Assembly (NCBI GenBank): GCA_020633295.1
Contig: JACKDW010000006.1
Location: 334,181-398,180, forward strand
Reading direction: 5' to 3'
DNA length: 64,000 nucleotides
Source of the DNA: Myxococcales bacterium
Lineage (GTDB): Bacteria > Myxococcota_A > Polyangia > Nannocystales > Nannocystaceae
Part shown: in pieces, positions 42,492 through 52,446 of the stretch
How the letters are laid out: each line of letters begins with the position of its first letter
Position numbering within the stretch: the stretch's first letter is position 1
Notes under the pieces: model-generated
Told to the model about the DNA's origin: nothing
What the model saw: the letters and a program-made list of their open reading frames with translations, nothing else
The model's database searches: none
Position numbers and translations under genes: made by a program

Positions 42492-43970
42492 ATGTGGACG
42501 CCCCCCGAGCGAATTCGTCACCGCGTCGCCGAGACGCGCTGGCCGAGCGAAGACGAGGCGGGCGCGAGCCTGTGGTTCTCGCCGCTGCGCGTCGGCGCGA
42601 TGCAGCTCGCGCAGCGCACCTGGGTGCCGGCGATGGTCCCCTGGCGCGCGACCGAGGACGGGCTCGTGACCGAGGACGTGATCGGCTGGTACCGCCGCTT
42701 CGCCGCCGGTCGCCCGGGCGCGATCGTGGTCGAGGCCACGGGCATCCGCGACATCCCCAGCGGGCCGCTGCTGCGCGCGGGCGATGACCGCTTCGTCCCG
42801 GGCCTGCGCGCGCTCGTGGACGCCGTGCGCGAGGCGAGCGACGGGAAGACGCGGCTGCTGATCCAGCTCATCGACTTCCTCGCGGTCAAGCGCCGCCCGC
42901 CGCCGGAGAAGTTCTTCTCGCGGTTTCTGCGGGTCGACGCGGGGCACCGCGCGCGCATGGTCGATGCGACAGGTGATACCCGCTGGCGCGACGCGGACGA
43001 GCACGCGCTGCGGCGCGCGCTGCTGGCGGGCGATCGCGCGCTGCGGGCCGCCGTGCTCACGCCCCGCGAGCTGCGGGACCTCGAGGTCGGCTATCGCGAG
43101 GAGGTCAGCGACCTGCACCTGCCGCACATCCGCGCGCTGCCGCAGACGCTGCCCGGGCTGTTCGCCGACGCGGCCGCGCGCGCGCGCGCGGCGGGCTTCG
43201 ACGGCGTCGAGCTGCACTACGCCCACGCGTACACGATGGCGAGCTTCCTCTCGCGCACCAACCTCCGCAGCGACGGCTACGGCGGCTCCCGCGAGGGCCG
43301 CGTGCGCCTGCCGCTCGAGGTGTACGCGGCCGTGCGCGCGCGCGTGGGCCAAGGCTACCCGGTGGGCTGCCGCATGCTCGGCGACGAGGTGATCGAGGGC
43401 GGCAGCGACCTCGACGACGCGACCGCGTACGCGACCGCGTTCGCGCGCGCGGGCATGGACTTCATCAGCGTGTCGAAGGGCGGCAAGTTCGACGACGCGA
43501 AGCAGCCGAAGGTCGGTCAGGCGGTCTACCCGTACACGGGGCAGAGCGGCTACGAGTGCATGCCCACGGTCTTCAGCGACGCGCGCGGGCCGTTTGGGCG
43601 CAACGTGCCGCTCGCCAGCACGATCCGCCAGGCGCTGCGCGAGGCCGGGCTCGAGACGCCGGTGGTCGCGGCCGGCGGGATCAACAGCTTCGAACAGGCC
43701 GAGGGCGCGCTGCGCCGCGGCGAGGCGGACATCGTGGCTGCGGCGAGGCAGTCGCTCGCGGACCCCGACTGGTTTCGCAAGATTCGCCTTGGGCGCGGCG
43801 CCGAGATCCGGCGCTGCAAGTTCACGAATTACTGCGAGGCGCTCGACAACCACCACAAGCAGGTGACCTGCCAGCTGTGGGACCGCGTGGAGCTCGACGC
43901 GCCGGACGTGCCGCTTTCGAAGGACGGACGCCGGCGCCTGCTCGCGCCGCGCTGGGACCCCCTCGAGTAG
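42492..43970 (+). CDS. NADH:flavin oxidoreductase, Old Yellow Enzyme family
   Basis: LWFSPLRVGAMQLAQRTWVPAM N-terminus. TIM-barrel motif GFDGVELHYAHAYTMASFLSRTNLRSDGYGGS. Start uncertain. Confidence 0.75.
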   Translation: MWTPPERIRHRVAETRWPSEDEAGASLWFSPLRVGAMQLAQRTWVPAMVPWRATEDGLVTEDVIGWYRRFAAGRPGAIVVEATGIRDIPSGPLLRAGDDRFVPGLRALVDAVREASDGKTRLLIQLIDFLAVKRRPPPEKFFSRFLRVDAGHRARMVDATGDTRWRDADEHALRRALLAGDRALRAAVLTPRELRDLEVGYREEVSDLHLPHIRALPQTLPGLFADAAARARAAGFDGVELHYAHAYTMASFLSRTNLRSDGYGGSREGRVRLPLEVYAAVRARVGQGYPVGCRMLGDEVIEGGSDLDDATAYATAFARAGMDFISVSKGGKFDDAKQPKVGQAVYPYTGQSGYECMPTVFSDARGPFGRNVPLASTIRQALREAGLETPVVAAGGINSFEQAEGALRRGEADIVAAARQSLADPDWFRKIRLGRGAEIRRCKFTNYCEALDNHHKQVTCQLWDRVELDAPDVPLSKDGRRRLLAPRWDPLE

Positions 43971-44070
43971 ACCGCGAGTCGACGCTACGCGTCCTCACGG
44001 GGACGCGAACGCCGTCTCGGCGGGGCCACGGCCCGCTCTGCGCGCCCGCGTTCCCCCCGGTAACCTGGAC

Positions 44071-44712
44071 GTGATGCGGTGGCGTGAAACAACAGGCCTG
44101 CTCGCGGTCGCGTGGACCCTCGCCGGCTGCGGGATCGATGAGTCCAACTTCGACGAGAACCTCTGCTCCGGGCCGGTGCTCCACCTGCTCGGCGGCATCT
44201 CGCCGGCCGAGCCGGTCGACTACGTGGAGCTGCGAGGCGTCTCGCAGGTCCCGGGCGAGGGCGACTTCGACGAGCGCGAGCTCCTCGACGTCGCCGGGCT
44301 GAAGTGCGCCTCAGCGGGCGACGCGCTCGCCTGCGCGGAGGCCTTCGAAGCGCTGCCGCTCCACTCCACGTTCAGCCAAGGCGACTTCTTCTCGATCCTC
44401 GACGTCTCGCTCGCCTGGACACGCGGCGACGAGGTGGGCGCGGCGAACTACCAGGAGGCGACGCTGCAGTTCCTCGGCGAGCTCGACACGCCCGAGGAGG
44501 CCGCGCTGTGGGTGGGGCTCAACCAGCACGTCTTGCAGTGTGACGGCCGCGAGAACGCGGGGACGACCGAGGGCGGCTTCTTCCTGCTCACGCGCACGGG
44601 CAACGGCTGTATGGAGGACCTGCGCGAGAACCTCACCTTCGTCGCCGCGGACGGCGCGATCGAGGTCGTGCAGAGCCGGATGATCGAGCGCGCCCAGAGC
44701 AGTTGCCCGTGA
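44071..44712 (+). CDS. Hypothetical Cys-rich lipoprotein
   Basis: Lipobox TLAGCG. Eight Cys residues. No recognised domain. Confidence 0.5.
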   Translation: MMRWRETTGLLAVAWTLAGCGIDESNFDENLCSGPVLHLLGGISPAEPVDYVELRGVSQVPGEGDFDERELLDVAGLKCASAGDALACAEAFEALPLHSTFSQGDFFSILDVSLAWTRGDEVGAANYQEATLQFLGELDTPEEAALWVGLNQHVLQCDGRENAGTTEGGFFLLTRTGNGCMEDLRENLTFVAADGAIEVVQSRMIERAQSSCP

Positions 44713-44803
44713 CCGTCGCTGCGAGCTGCGCGCTCGCGCGCCGCGCTCCTGACCTGTCCCGAGGTGCACCGCGCGTTCGCCTCGGGCGACGCCCCGCGTG
44801 TCG

Positions 44804-47293
44804 CTACGGCGCGACCTTGGTCTCGAGCACGCCGGCGACGATGTCGCGCTCGAGGTGCGCGTGCGCGAGCAGCTGCACCGCCGGCAGCCCGGCGACCTCG
44901 ACCACGTGGGCCCCGGCCTCGGCGTCGAACTCGACGGTCATCGCCTCGGTGACGGCCTCGCCGTCGAGCGTGAACCACACGCGCAGCGGCGCGCGCACGG
45001 TCTGGACGGCGTCGGGCGAGGCCTGGGGATCGAGCAGGCGATAGCCGCCGATCGGGTAGCTGAGCTCGTACTCGGCGGGTGGCGGCGCGACGGTGAAGCG
45101 CAGCTCCACGCGGTCGCCCTGGCGCGTTCCTTCGAGCAGCGAGCTCGCGGCCGGCTGCACGAGCACGGGGCTCGAGGTGACCTCGTAGGGCGCCGTCGTC
45201 TGCCCGTCGAAGGCCTCGCCGCGCGCGACGAGGCGGACGCGCGCGCCCGGGAAGTCGAGCGGGATCTGCCAGTCGACGAACCAGTCGTGATCGCGGGTCT
45301 CGGCGACCTGACCGTTGGGCGCCGGGTTCGGGGCGTAGTGCGTCAGCATGTGGTAGCGGGTGTTGTCGAGGCCGGTGCCGGGCCAACCGCTGGGCGACGG
45401 GAACAGCGTCCACGAGCCGTCGCCGGGATCGACCTCGACGCTGACGAGCGGCGAGCCGATCGACGGGTCGCCGCCGCCCCAGCCGAAGCGCAGGGTCTGC
45501 CCGCGCTCGATCGTCTCCGGCAGGTTCTGGGTGAGCGCGCCGGCGTTGGTGCTGCGCTCGATCCCGCGGGGCTCGAAGCTCGACGGCCCCGAGAGGTCCT
45601 CGGAGTCGCTGTCGAACACGGGCCCGTCCTCCTCGGCGAGGATGCCGTCGACCTGCTCGAGCTGACGATCGACGATGTACTTGGCGCCGAGCGGCCCCCA
45701 CAGCGACATCTCGGTCTCGTAGCCGCCCTGGTACCAGTCGTCGGGGTGCGTCAGGTACAGCAGGTGATCCTGCGAGTAGCCGAACGCGAGCGTCTCGATC
45801 GGCTCGCCGCCGGGCAGCGCGCGCGTGGCCATGGACTCGCGCAGGTACTTGATCACGGAGTACGCCGGCTCGCCGGGCAAGCTGACCATAAAGACATTAC
45901 CGACGCGCGCGGTCGTGACGTAGGCCTGGTGCATCTGGCCGTTCGGGATCGGCTGCTGGAGGCTCGTCAGCAGCCCGCCGATGTCGGTGCAGAACTTCGG
46001 CCGCCCCTCCATGCTGGTCTCGGGGTTGTCGCTGTCGGTGACGTCGTCGTCCTTGCACTGCCAGCCGCCCCACGTGTAGGGGATGCCCGACGGGCCCTTG
46101 AACTCGGGGAGCTCGGCGTAGCCCATCAGCTCGTAGCGCAGGTCGATGCGCCGCGAGCGGACCGCGAGCGTCGCGTCGCGCTCCCACGCGAGCGACTTGT
46201 ACAGATCGTAGACGCGCGGCGCCGCGACCTCGCCGACCAGCTCGGCGCGGGCCGGCGGCGCGTGCCCGAGCTGATCGCCGCCAGGCGACGCGTCGCCGCC
46301 ACCGGACTGAATGAACATGCCGAGGATCGGCTGCTGCTCGCGGGCGAAGAAGAACTCCTCGAACTTCATCTCGAGGCCGCCGGCGGAGTCCTCGGTGAGC
46401 AGCTCGTTGTCCTCACTAAAGAGGGTGCCGTGCATGCCGAAGTTGATGAGCGTCGCCATCGGCGCTCCGCCGGCGCGCCGGACCGCGAACAGCGTGAGCC
46501 GCGGGTCCTTGCCGTAGGTCGGGTTGTTCTCGCCCCGGCGGTCGCGATAGACGAGGTTGTCGGGATCCCAGTCGTCCGCGTAGCCGAAGCCCCACTCGGC
46601 CTCGTCGAGGTCGTCGACGGCGCGCTTGATCGCGAGCGCGAAGGCGGAGGTCAGGCGATCGATCACCTCCTCGTCAGGCGAGTCGGCGCCGACGGCCGCG
46701 AGCTGCTGGGGCAGCCGCCAGTAGCGCGCGTGGGTGTGGTGCGAGTGCGTCGCGCCCGTCATCACGCGACCTTCGAAGTCGAGGCCGTGGTCCTCCTTGA
46801 GCTTGCGGATCGTGCCCTCGGTCAGCGAGTCCTCGCTGCTCATGGTCGGCAGCTTGACGAGCGCGAGGCGCTCGCCCTCGACCTCGAGCACCATCGCCTT
46901 GATCGTCATGTAGCCGTAGAAGCCGCGCGTGCCGTTGAGCACGTCCATCCACGGCGTCTTGACCTTCGGCGTGCGCAGGCCGTAGCCGGCCATCGAGATC
47001 CCCACGGGATCGGCGAGGTACTCGACGGCCACGCCGGCGCGCAGCGGGCCGTGCGGGAACGCGAAGGCGCCCTCGGTGTCGCTCGTCTCCGACGTCGAGC
47101 TCGTCGACGCCTCGGCGTCGCTGCCCGACGACGTGCTCGCCCCGGTCTCCGCGCCGGTCGTGCCGTCCGTGCTGCTCGTGCCGTCGCCCGCGTCGCCGCA
47201 CGCCGCCGCGAGCACACACGCGAGCCCTGCCCTGCCCAGCCAGCGCCCGCTGAGCGTGCGCGCGTCACCGACGATCCGTGTCCGTGTTGTCAT
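44804..47293 (-). CDS. Large secreted hypothetical lipoprotein (829 aa), possible hydrolase
   Basis: Lipobox LAAACGD. Ser/Thr/Gly-rich linker. Long GC3-biased ORF. Start at internal ATG (MTTRTRIV) that avoids overlap. Family not recognised. Confidence 0.55.
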   Translation of the reverse strand: MTTRTRIVGDARTLSGRWLGRAGLACVLAAACGDAGDGTSSTDGTTGAETGASTSSGSDAEASTSSTSETSDTEGAFAFPHGPLRAGVAVEYLADPVGISMAGYGLRTPKVKTPWMDVLNGTRGFYGYMTIKAMVLEVEGERLALVKLPTMSSEDSLTEGTIRKLKEDHGLDFEGRVMTGATHSHHTHARYWRLPQQLAAVGADSPDEEVIDRLTSAFALAIKRAVDDLDEAEWGFGYADDWDPDNLVYRDRRGENNPTYGKDPRLTLFAVRRAGGAPMATLINFGMHGTLFSEDNELLTEDSAGGLEMKFEEFFFAREQQPILGMFIQSGGGDASPGGDQLGHAPPARAELVGEVAAPRVYDLYKSLAWERDATLAVRSRRIDLRYELMGYAELPEFKGPSGIPYTWGGWQCKDDDVTDSDNPETSMEGRPKFCTDIGGLLTSLQQPIPNGQMHQAYVTTARVGNVFMVSLPGEPAYSVIKYLRESMATRALPGGEPIETLAFGYSQDHLLYLTHPDDWYQGGYETEMSLWGPLGAKYIVDRQLEQVDGILAEEDGPVFDSDSEDLSGPSSFEPRGIERSTNAGALTQNLPETIERGQTLRFGWGGGDPSIGSPLVSVEVDPGDGSWTLFPSPSGWPGTGLDNTRYHMLTHYAPNPAPNGQVAETRDHDWFVDWQIPLDFPGARVRLVARGEAFDGQTTAPYEVTSSPVLVQPAASSLLEGTRQGDRVELRFTVAPPPAEYELSYPIGGYRLLDPQASPDAVQTVRAPLRVWFTLDGEAVTEAMTVEFDAEAGAHVVEVAGLPAVQLLAHAHLERDIVAGVLETKVAP

Positions 47294-47448
47294 CGCGGAT
47301 TCGAGCTTAGGAGCCCGACGCGCGCGGTACAAGCCCACAGGCGCGCGGACGCGGCCGCCGCGACGGAGACGCCGCCGTGGACTCCGCAGCGCGGTGACCG
47401 TCGACGACCGCCGGCGCGCGACCGCAGTATGATGGCGACCGCTCCACC

Positions 47449-48948
47449 GTGACGCGCGACGCAGCACAGACGAGCCGCGCCTGGCGCTGGCTGTTCGCGT
47501 CGCTCGTGCACGTCGTGTGGCTCGGGGCGCCGAGCTGGGCGCACGCCGAGCCCGCGCCCCAATCGGAACACGATCGTGGGCCGCCGACGCAGCCTGGTGG
47601 GAACCGCGAGCCGGCCGACTCAACCAAGAACGACCGGGTCGACGACGCGCAGGAGTCCGCGACGCCACGAACCACGCGCGCGCCTCGCCGAGCGCGCCGC
47701 CAAGACGACCTCCACGAGCCGATCACCGGCGAGCCCCCGCGGCCGCATCACCCGGGTGACTTCCACCACCACTCGCCGTCGATCCTCCCCGAATGGTTCG
47801 TGGCCGCCGACCTCCGCACGCCGCGACCCGTGCCACCCGACGGCGAGCTGGTCTCGACGCGCCTGAGCGAGAAGAAGGTCCACAGCTTCCTGCCGCTGCC
47901 GGTCGTGCGCGCCGAGCCGCTGGTCGGCTTCCAGCTCGGCGCACGCCTCGCCTACGCCTATCGCCCCGACGATCAGCTGAAGGTGCTCGCCACGCTGTCG
48001 GCGCGCGTCTCGCTCCGCAACGTCCACATGTACGGCATGAACTTCGTGCTGTGGGACCTGCTCAACCGCAACGAGCGCTTCCTGTTCAACCTCAACTTCC
48101 GCTACGACCCGGTGTTCCCCTACTTCGGCCTCGATCAGCGACAGTCGGTGGAGGAGATCACGAAGGACGGCGAGGAGCGCATCTACAGCCAGGTGACGAC
48201 GGTCGACGCCCGCTTGCAGTACCAGCAGCCGATCGCCGCGTACGGGCCCGGCACGCTGCGCGCGCTGTTCGGCTTCAACTACGCGTTCGACAACATCCGC
48301 GGCTACCCGGACACGCTGCTGGTGCGGGAGCAGCTCGAGCACGTCGGCGACACCCACCGCCTCCCGCTGCACACGGGCCTCAACTGGGACAGCCGCGACA
48401 ACGTCTACAGCCCGCGCGCGGGCGGCCTCCACGACGTGATCTTCGCCGCCGCGCCGCCGCTCGGCCGCCGCGACGCCTGGGGGCTGATCGGCGTGAGCTT
48501 CCGCTGGTACCGCACGCTCGGCCTCGACGAGATCATCCTCGCCACGCGCATCGCGGCCGAGGGGCTCTACGGCGACGCCCCCTTCGTCCCGCTCGGGCAG
48601 CTGTTCGGCTTCCCCTCGCCCGACGCCTACGGCGGGAGCACGATCGGCCGCGGCTACCTGCGCCGTCGCTACATCGGCCGCTTCAAGGGCCTGTGGAGCA
48701 CCGAGCTGCGCTTTGAGCCCGTCGAGCTGTCGCTGCTCAAGGGCAAGCGCACGCTCGCGCTCGGCTTCAAGGGCTCCCTCGAGCTCGGACGTGTCCTCCA
48801 GGACAGCGAGCCGATCTTCGCCGACATCCACGTCTCGGGCGGCCCGGGCCTGTACATCATCTGGGATCGCTTCGCGGTCGTCCGCTTCGATGTCGGCATC
48901 AGCGACGAATTCGTCGGCTTCTACCTGCTGACCGGCCACTCGTTCTAG
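47449..48948 (+). CDS. Outer-membrane beta-barrel protein (Omp85/Bac_surface_Ag-like)
   Basis: Signal peptide ...APSWAHA. Alternating amphipathic strands. C-terminal ...LLTGHSF ending in Phe, a beta-barrel OMP signature. Confidence 0.55.
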   Translation: MTRDAAQTSRAWRWLFASLVHVVWLGAPSWAHAEPAPQSEHDRGPPTQPGGNREPADSTKNDRVDDAQESATPRTTRAPRRARRQDDLHEPITGEPPRPHHPGDFHHHSPSILPEWFVAADLRTPRPVPPDGELVSTRLSEKKVHSFLPLPVVRAEPLVGFQLGARLAYAYRPDDQLKVLATLSARVSLRNVHMYGMNFVLWDLLNRNERFLFNLNFRYDPVFPYFGLDQRQSVEEITKDGEERIYSQVTTVDARLQYQQPIAAYGPGTLRALFGFNYAFDNIRGYPDTLLVREQLEHVGDTHRLPLHTGLNWDSRDNVYSPRAGGLHDVIFAAAPPLGRRDAWGLIGVSFRWYRTLGLDEIILATRIAAEGLYGDAPFVPLGQLFGFPSPDAYGGSTIGRGYLRRRYIGRFKGLWSTELRFEPVELSLLKGKRTLALGFKGSLELGRVLQDSEPIFADIHVSGGPGLYIIWDRFAVVRFDVGISDEFVGFYLLTGHSF

Positions 48949-49016
48949 CCGACCAAAGCTCGCGCGGCCGCGTAGCGGGCGGGCCCAGGTTCGCGGGCGG
49001 CTGGCGAAGACGGCCG

Positions 49017-49703
49017 TCAGCGCCCGTGCGCGAGCGTCCGGACCGCGCCGTCGGCGAAGCGGACCTGGATCTTGTCCCCGCCGGCGAGCGCGATGACCTC
49101 GCCGAGGCCGAACTTCGCGTGCGACAGGATCTCGCCGACCGCGAAGCGCTCGCGGAGCGTCCACGTCCGCGCGCTGTCGCGGGCGGCCTCCAGTCGCGCG
49201 CGCTCGGCCTCCGCCTCGCGCGCCCGGAGCTCGTCGCGCTCGCGGCAGATGGCCGCCGCGCGCTCGACGTGCGGGGCGAGGAGCGCGTGCGAGGCGCGCG
49301 CTTGCGCGATCAGCCGTACGTCCACCTGCTCCCGCGCCATGTAGCGCTCGAGCGCGCGGCTCGCGTCCTGGGACGCCACGAGATCGAGCCGCAGCCGCCC
49401 GTCGCGGACCTCAACCGCCCGCTCGACGGCGGCGAACATGTTCCCGACGTCGAGCTCATCGAGCAGCTCGCAGGCCCGCGCGACGCCCTCGACGAACGCG
49501 CGCGGCTCGTCCTCGATAAACGCCATCACGCCGTTGCGCAGCACCTGCGTGTACAGGGTCTCGAGCACCACGAGCCCGCGCGCGAGCGGGGGCAAGGAGT
49601 CAAAGAACCCGCGCGTGCTGTGGCTCGCCACGACCAGCGGCTCGATCACCGCGCCCCGAATCTCGTTGTCGTCTCTCGGTGGTTGTCCCGTGCTCATGAT
49701 CAA
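49017..49703 (-). CDS. Hypothetical protein
   Basis: 228-aa GC3-biased ORF whose start overlaps the upstream gene stop by 4 nt. No domain recognised. Confidence 0.5.
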   Translation of the reverse strand: MIMSTGQPPRDDNEIRGAVIEPLVVASHSTRGFFDSLPPLARGLVVLETLYTQVLRNGVMAFIEDEPRAFVEGVARACELLDELDVGNMFAAVERAVEVRDGRLRLDLVASQDASRALERYMAREQVDVRLIAQARASHALLAPHVERAAAICRERDELRAREAEAERARLEAARDSARTWTLRERFAVGEILSHAKFGLGEVIALAGGDKIQVRFADGAVRTLAHGR

Positions 49704-50728
49704 CCTCGTGTCGGGTCGCCGGCGCAGCGCGGCCGGCAGCTGTCATTATGGCGATCAATCCCCGCTTCGCTCGCCTCGGGCGCGAAATCATCCTCGAGCA
49801 CCCGACCGTCGGTGGGCCCGCGGCCCTCGGCCTCGAGACGCGCGAGCAGCCCGCGCGTGTGCAGCCCGTAGTCGGCGAGCAGGGTGTCCGCGTTCGCTGA
49901 CAGCTCCACGTCGGTCAGTCGACGCTCGGCGCGCGTCGCCACCAGCGACGCCTCGAGATCCGTCGCGCTGTGGAACACGTAGATCTGCGGGAACACGGCC
50001 GCGAAGGTCGCGCGATCGTCGGGGTAGCGGGCCGAGCGGCTGTGCAGGTTCGCGATCACGACGCCATCGTCCGGCAGGCGCGCGGCGCAGCCCTCGAGGT
50101 GCTGCCGCGAGCGCAGGTGCAGCGGGACGGTGGTGCCGCGGTAGGCGTCGAGCACGATCACGTCCCAGCGCGCGTCGGCCGGGCGCTCGGCGATGAACCG
50201 GCGACCGTCGGCGACGTGCAGCCGGTAGCGAGGATCGTCGGGGACCCCGAAGTGCGCGCGCGCCAGCTCGACGACCGCCGGGCAGATGTCCACGGCGTCG
50301 ATCTCGATCCCCGGCACGTGGTGAAACAGGTAGTTGGTGACCTGGCCGCCGCCGACCCCGATCATGAGCACGCGGCGCGGCTTGGGGTGCACGAGCAGCA
50401 CCGAGGTCATGGCCTGAAGGACAGGTAACTTCAGGGTGTAAGGGTCGCGGGCGTCGTAGACCGACTCGGTCACGCGGCGCCCGTCGACCATGAAGTACAT
50501 CGTGCGGATCGAGCCCCGCTCGGTGACGACGACGTGATTGAAGCGCGAGCGCTGCTCCCCGATCACGCGCTCGGGCTCCGGCTCCGGCTCCGGCTCCGCC
50601 CCCGCGTCGGCGCGGCGCGGCGCGTCCGTCGGCTGGCGCGCGGCGCAGCCACCCACGAGCGCGGGCAGCAGCCCAGGGACCACGACCAAACCCGGGACCG
50701 CGTGGAGCAAGTCGCGTCGACGGATCAC
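49700..50728 (-). CDS. Spermidine synthase-like methyltransferase-fold lipoprotein with Tat-like signal
   Basis: GTG start. RRRDLL twin-Arg motif plus lipobox LVGGC. (EP)n low-complexity linker. VLMIGVGGGQVTNYL and DVIVLDAY match the spermidine synthase/polyamine aminopropyltransferase fold. Confidence 0.6.
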   Translation of the reverse strand: MIRRRDLLHAVPGLVVVPGLLPALVGGCAARQPTDAPRRADAGAEPEPEPEPERVIGEQRSRFNHVVVTERGSIRTMYFMVDGRRVTESVYDARDPYTLKLPVLQAMTSVLLVHPKPRRVLMIGVGGGQVTNYLFHHVPGIEIDAVDICPAVVELARAHFGVPDDPRYRLHVADGRRFIAERPADARWDVIVLDAYRGTTVPLHLRSRQHLEGCAARLPDDGVVIANLHSRSARYPDDRATFAAVFPQIYVFHSATDLEASLVATRAERRLTDVELSANADTLLADYGLHTRGLLARLEAEGRGPTDGRVLEDDFAPEASEAGIDRHNDSCRPRCAGDPTRG

Positions 50729-50849
50729 TCGTCCTCCTCCGCGCTGAGAGTACCGAGTTCCGTCGCGGGCCGCCGGCGCGAACAAATTAGCGCCGTCCAC
50801 GCGCGCGCCGTCGGGCGCTTTCGCCCCGGGGCTGTGGTACTCGTCGCCC

Positions 50850-51611
50850 ATGAGAGCAGACGGTCGCAGCCCCGAGCAGCTTCGTCGATACACCATCGAG
50901 CCCGGCTTCATCCGCGCCTCCCTCGGCTCAGCGCTGATCTCCGCCGGTCGCACCCGCGTCATCTGCACCGCGAACCTCGAGGCGAAGCCGCCTGGGTGGC
51001 TGAAATCCGGCGGATGGGTGACCGCGGAGTACTCGATGCTGCCGGGCGCGACGCGCCCGCGGGGGCGGCGAGATCCCGGCGGCCGCGGCAAGGAGATCCA
51101 GCGGCTCATCGGGCGATCGCTGCGGGCCGCCGTCAACCTCAGCGCGCTCGTCGACGACGCGCAGGCGCAGCCGCTCTCGCTCATCATCGACTGCGACGTC
51201 ATCGAAGCGGACGGCGGTACGCGCACGGCGTCGATCACCGGCGGCTACGTGGCGCTCGCGCTGGCGGTCGCCTCCCTCCGTCGGCAGGGTCGCCTGCAGC
51301 GCTCACCGCTCTCCGGGGCCGTCGCCGCGGTCTCGGTCGGCCTCGTCGCGCTCGGGGCCGACGCGCCGCCGTCGCCGGTGCTCGATCTCCCGTATGAAGA
51401 AGACAGCCGAGCCCACGCCGACGTCAACATCGTCATGCGCGCCGGCGGCGGGCTCATCGAGGTCCAGGGGACGGCCGAGAACGGGACGTTTGACCGCGCC
51501 GAGCTCTCGCGCATGCTCGACCTCGCGACCGCCGGCTGTAACCAGCTGTTCGCGCTGCAGTCCGACGCGATCGAGCGCGGCTTGGCCAGCGCCTCGGGGG
51601 ACGCGCCATGA
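50850..51611 (+). CDS. rph: Ribonuclease PH
   Basis: MRADGRSPEQLRRYTIEPGFIRASLGSALISAGRTRVICTA and GGTRTASITGGYVAL are collinear with RNase PH. Confidence 0.9.
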   Translation: MRADGRSPEQLRRYTIEPGFIRASLGSALISAGRTRVICTANLEAKPPGWLKSGGWVTAEYSMLPGATRPRGRRDPGGRGKEIQRLIGRSLRAAVNLSALVDDAQAQPLSLIIDCDVIEADGGTRTASITGGYVALALAVASLRRQGRLQRSPLSGAVAAVSVGLVALGADAPPSPVLDLPYEEDSRAHADVNIVMRAGGGLIEVQGTAENGTFDRAELSRMLDLATAGCNQLFALQSDAIERGLASASGDAP

Positions 51612-52294
51612 ACCAGTCCCAGTCCCAGTCCCAGTCCCCGCGCCACCTCGTCATCGCCAGCGGCAACCGTCACAAGGTCATCGAGCTGCGGGCGATGGCC
51701 GCGGCTCGCTCGCTCTCCGTCGCCGTGAGCGCCATGGCCGACCACGGCGACGCGCCCGAGATCGTCGAGGACCGCGACACCTTCACCGGCAACGCGGTGC
51801 TCAAGGCCGAGGGGATCGCCCGCTGGCTGCGCGAGATGACGTCCCTCCCGGGCGACACCCTGGTCGTGGCCGATGACTCGGGCATCGTGATCGAGGCGCT
51901 CGACGGTGCGCCCGGGGTCTACTCGGCCCGCTACGCCGGCTCCCCGACCGATGACGACGCGAACAACGCCAAGATGGTCCAGGAGCTGCGCGCGCGCGGC
52001 GTCAGCGAGTCGCCGGCGCACTATGTCTGCGTGCTCGCGGTCGTCCGGCTGGACGGACAGCCGGTCGACAACGGCGAGGCGCTCGTGCTCTTCCGCGGCC
52101 GCTGGGACGGGACCGCGCGGGTCGAGCACCGCGGCACCGGCGGCTTCGGCTACGACCCCTACGTGTGGATCGACTGGCCGAGCCCGACCAGCCAGACGGT
52201 CGCCGAGCTGAGCCGCGAGGAGAAGGCGGCGCGGTCCCACCGCGGCCAGGCGATGCGCGCGTTCATGGACGCGCTCGCCAGCTGGCTGGCGTGA
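51608..52294 (+). CDS. rdgB: Non-canonical purine NTP pyrophosphatase (RdgB/HAM1 family)
   Basis: LVIASGNRHKVIEL and SGIVIEALDGAPGVYSARYAG match the Ham1 family. ATGA overlap with rph, the usual rph-rdgB arrangement. Confidence 0.85.
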   Translation: MNQSQSQSQSPRHLVIASGNRHKVIELRAMAAARSLSVAVSAMADHGDAPEIVEDRDTFTGNAVLKAEGIARWLREMTSLPGDTLVVADDSGIVIEALDGAPGVYSARYAGSPTDDDANNAKMVQELRARGVSESPAHYVCVLAVVRLDGQPVDNGEALVLFRGRWDGTARVEHRGTGGFGYDPYVWIDWPSPTSQTVAELSREEKAARSHRGQAMRAFMDALASWLA

Positions 52295-52354
52295 ACCGGC
52301 GCGACCGCGGTCTGGACCCGAGCGCGTCCGTCGGCTATGGTGCGCGTCCCGTAT

Positions 52355-52428
52355 CGGGGCGTAGCGCAGCCTGGTAGCGCGCCTGCTTTGGGTGCAGGAT
52401 GTCGGAGGTTCAAATCCTCTCGCCCCGA
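52355..52428 (+). tRNA. tRNA-Pro (anticodon TGG)
   Basis: Cloverleaf folded by hand: acceptor cggggcg/cgccccg, anticodon stem cctgc/gcagg, loop ttTGGgt, T-loop ggttcaaatcc. No CCA encoded. Confidence 0.85.
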
Positions 52429-52446
52429 TTCAACCCGCATCGCGGG

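Noticed and set aside
44804-47293. Neutral/alkaline ceramidase annotation
   Set aside because: Size and secretion fit, but I could not recognise the family hallmark motifs in the translation.
44798-47452. 884-aa plus-strand ORF
   Set aside because: Antisense to the large lipoprotein gene. No signal peptide or motif, Arg/Gly-rich.
47620-49164. 514-aa minus-strand ORF
   Set aside because: Antisense to the beta-barrel OMP gene and overlapping the next gene. Arg/Glu/Ala-rich, no GC3 bias.
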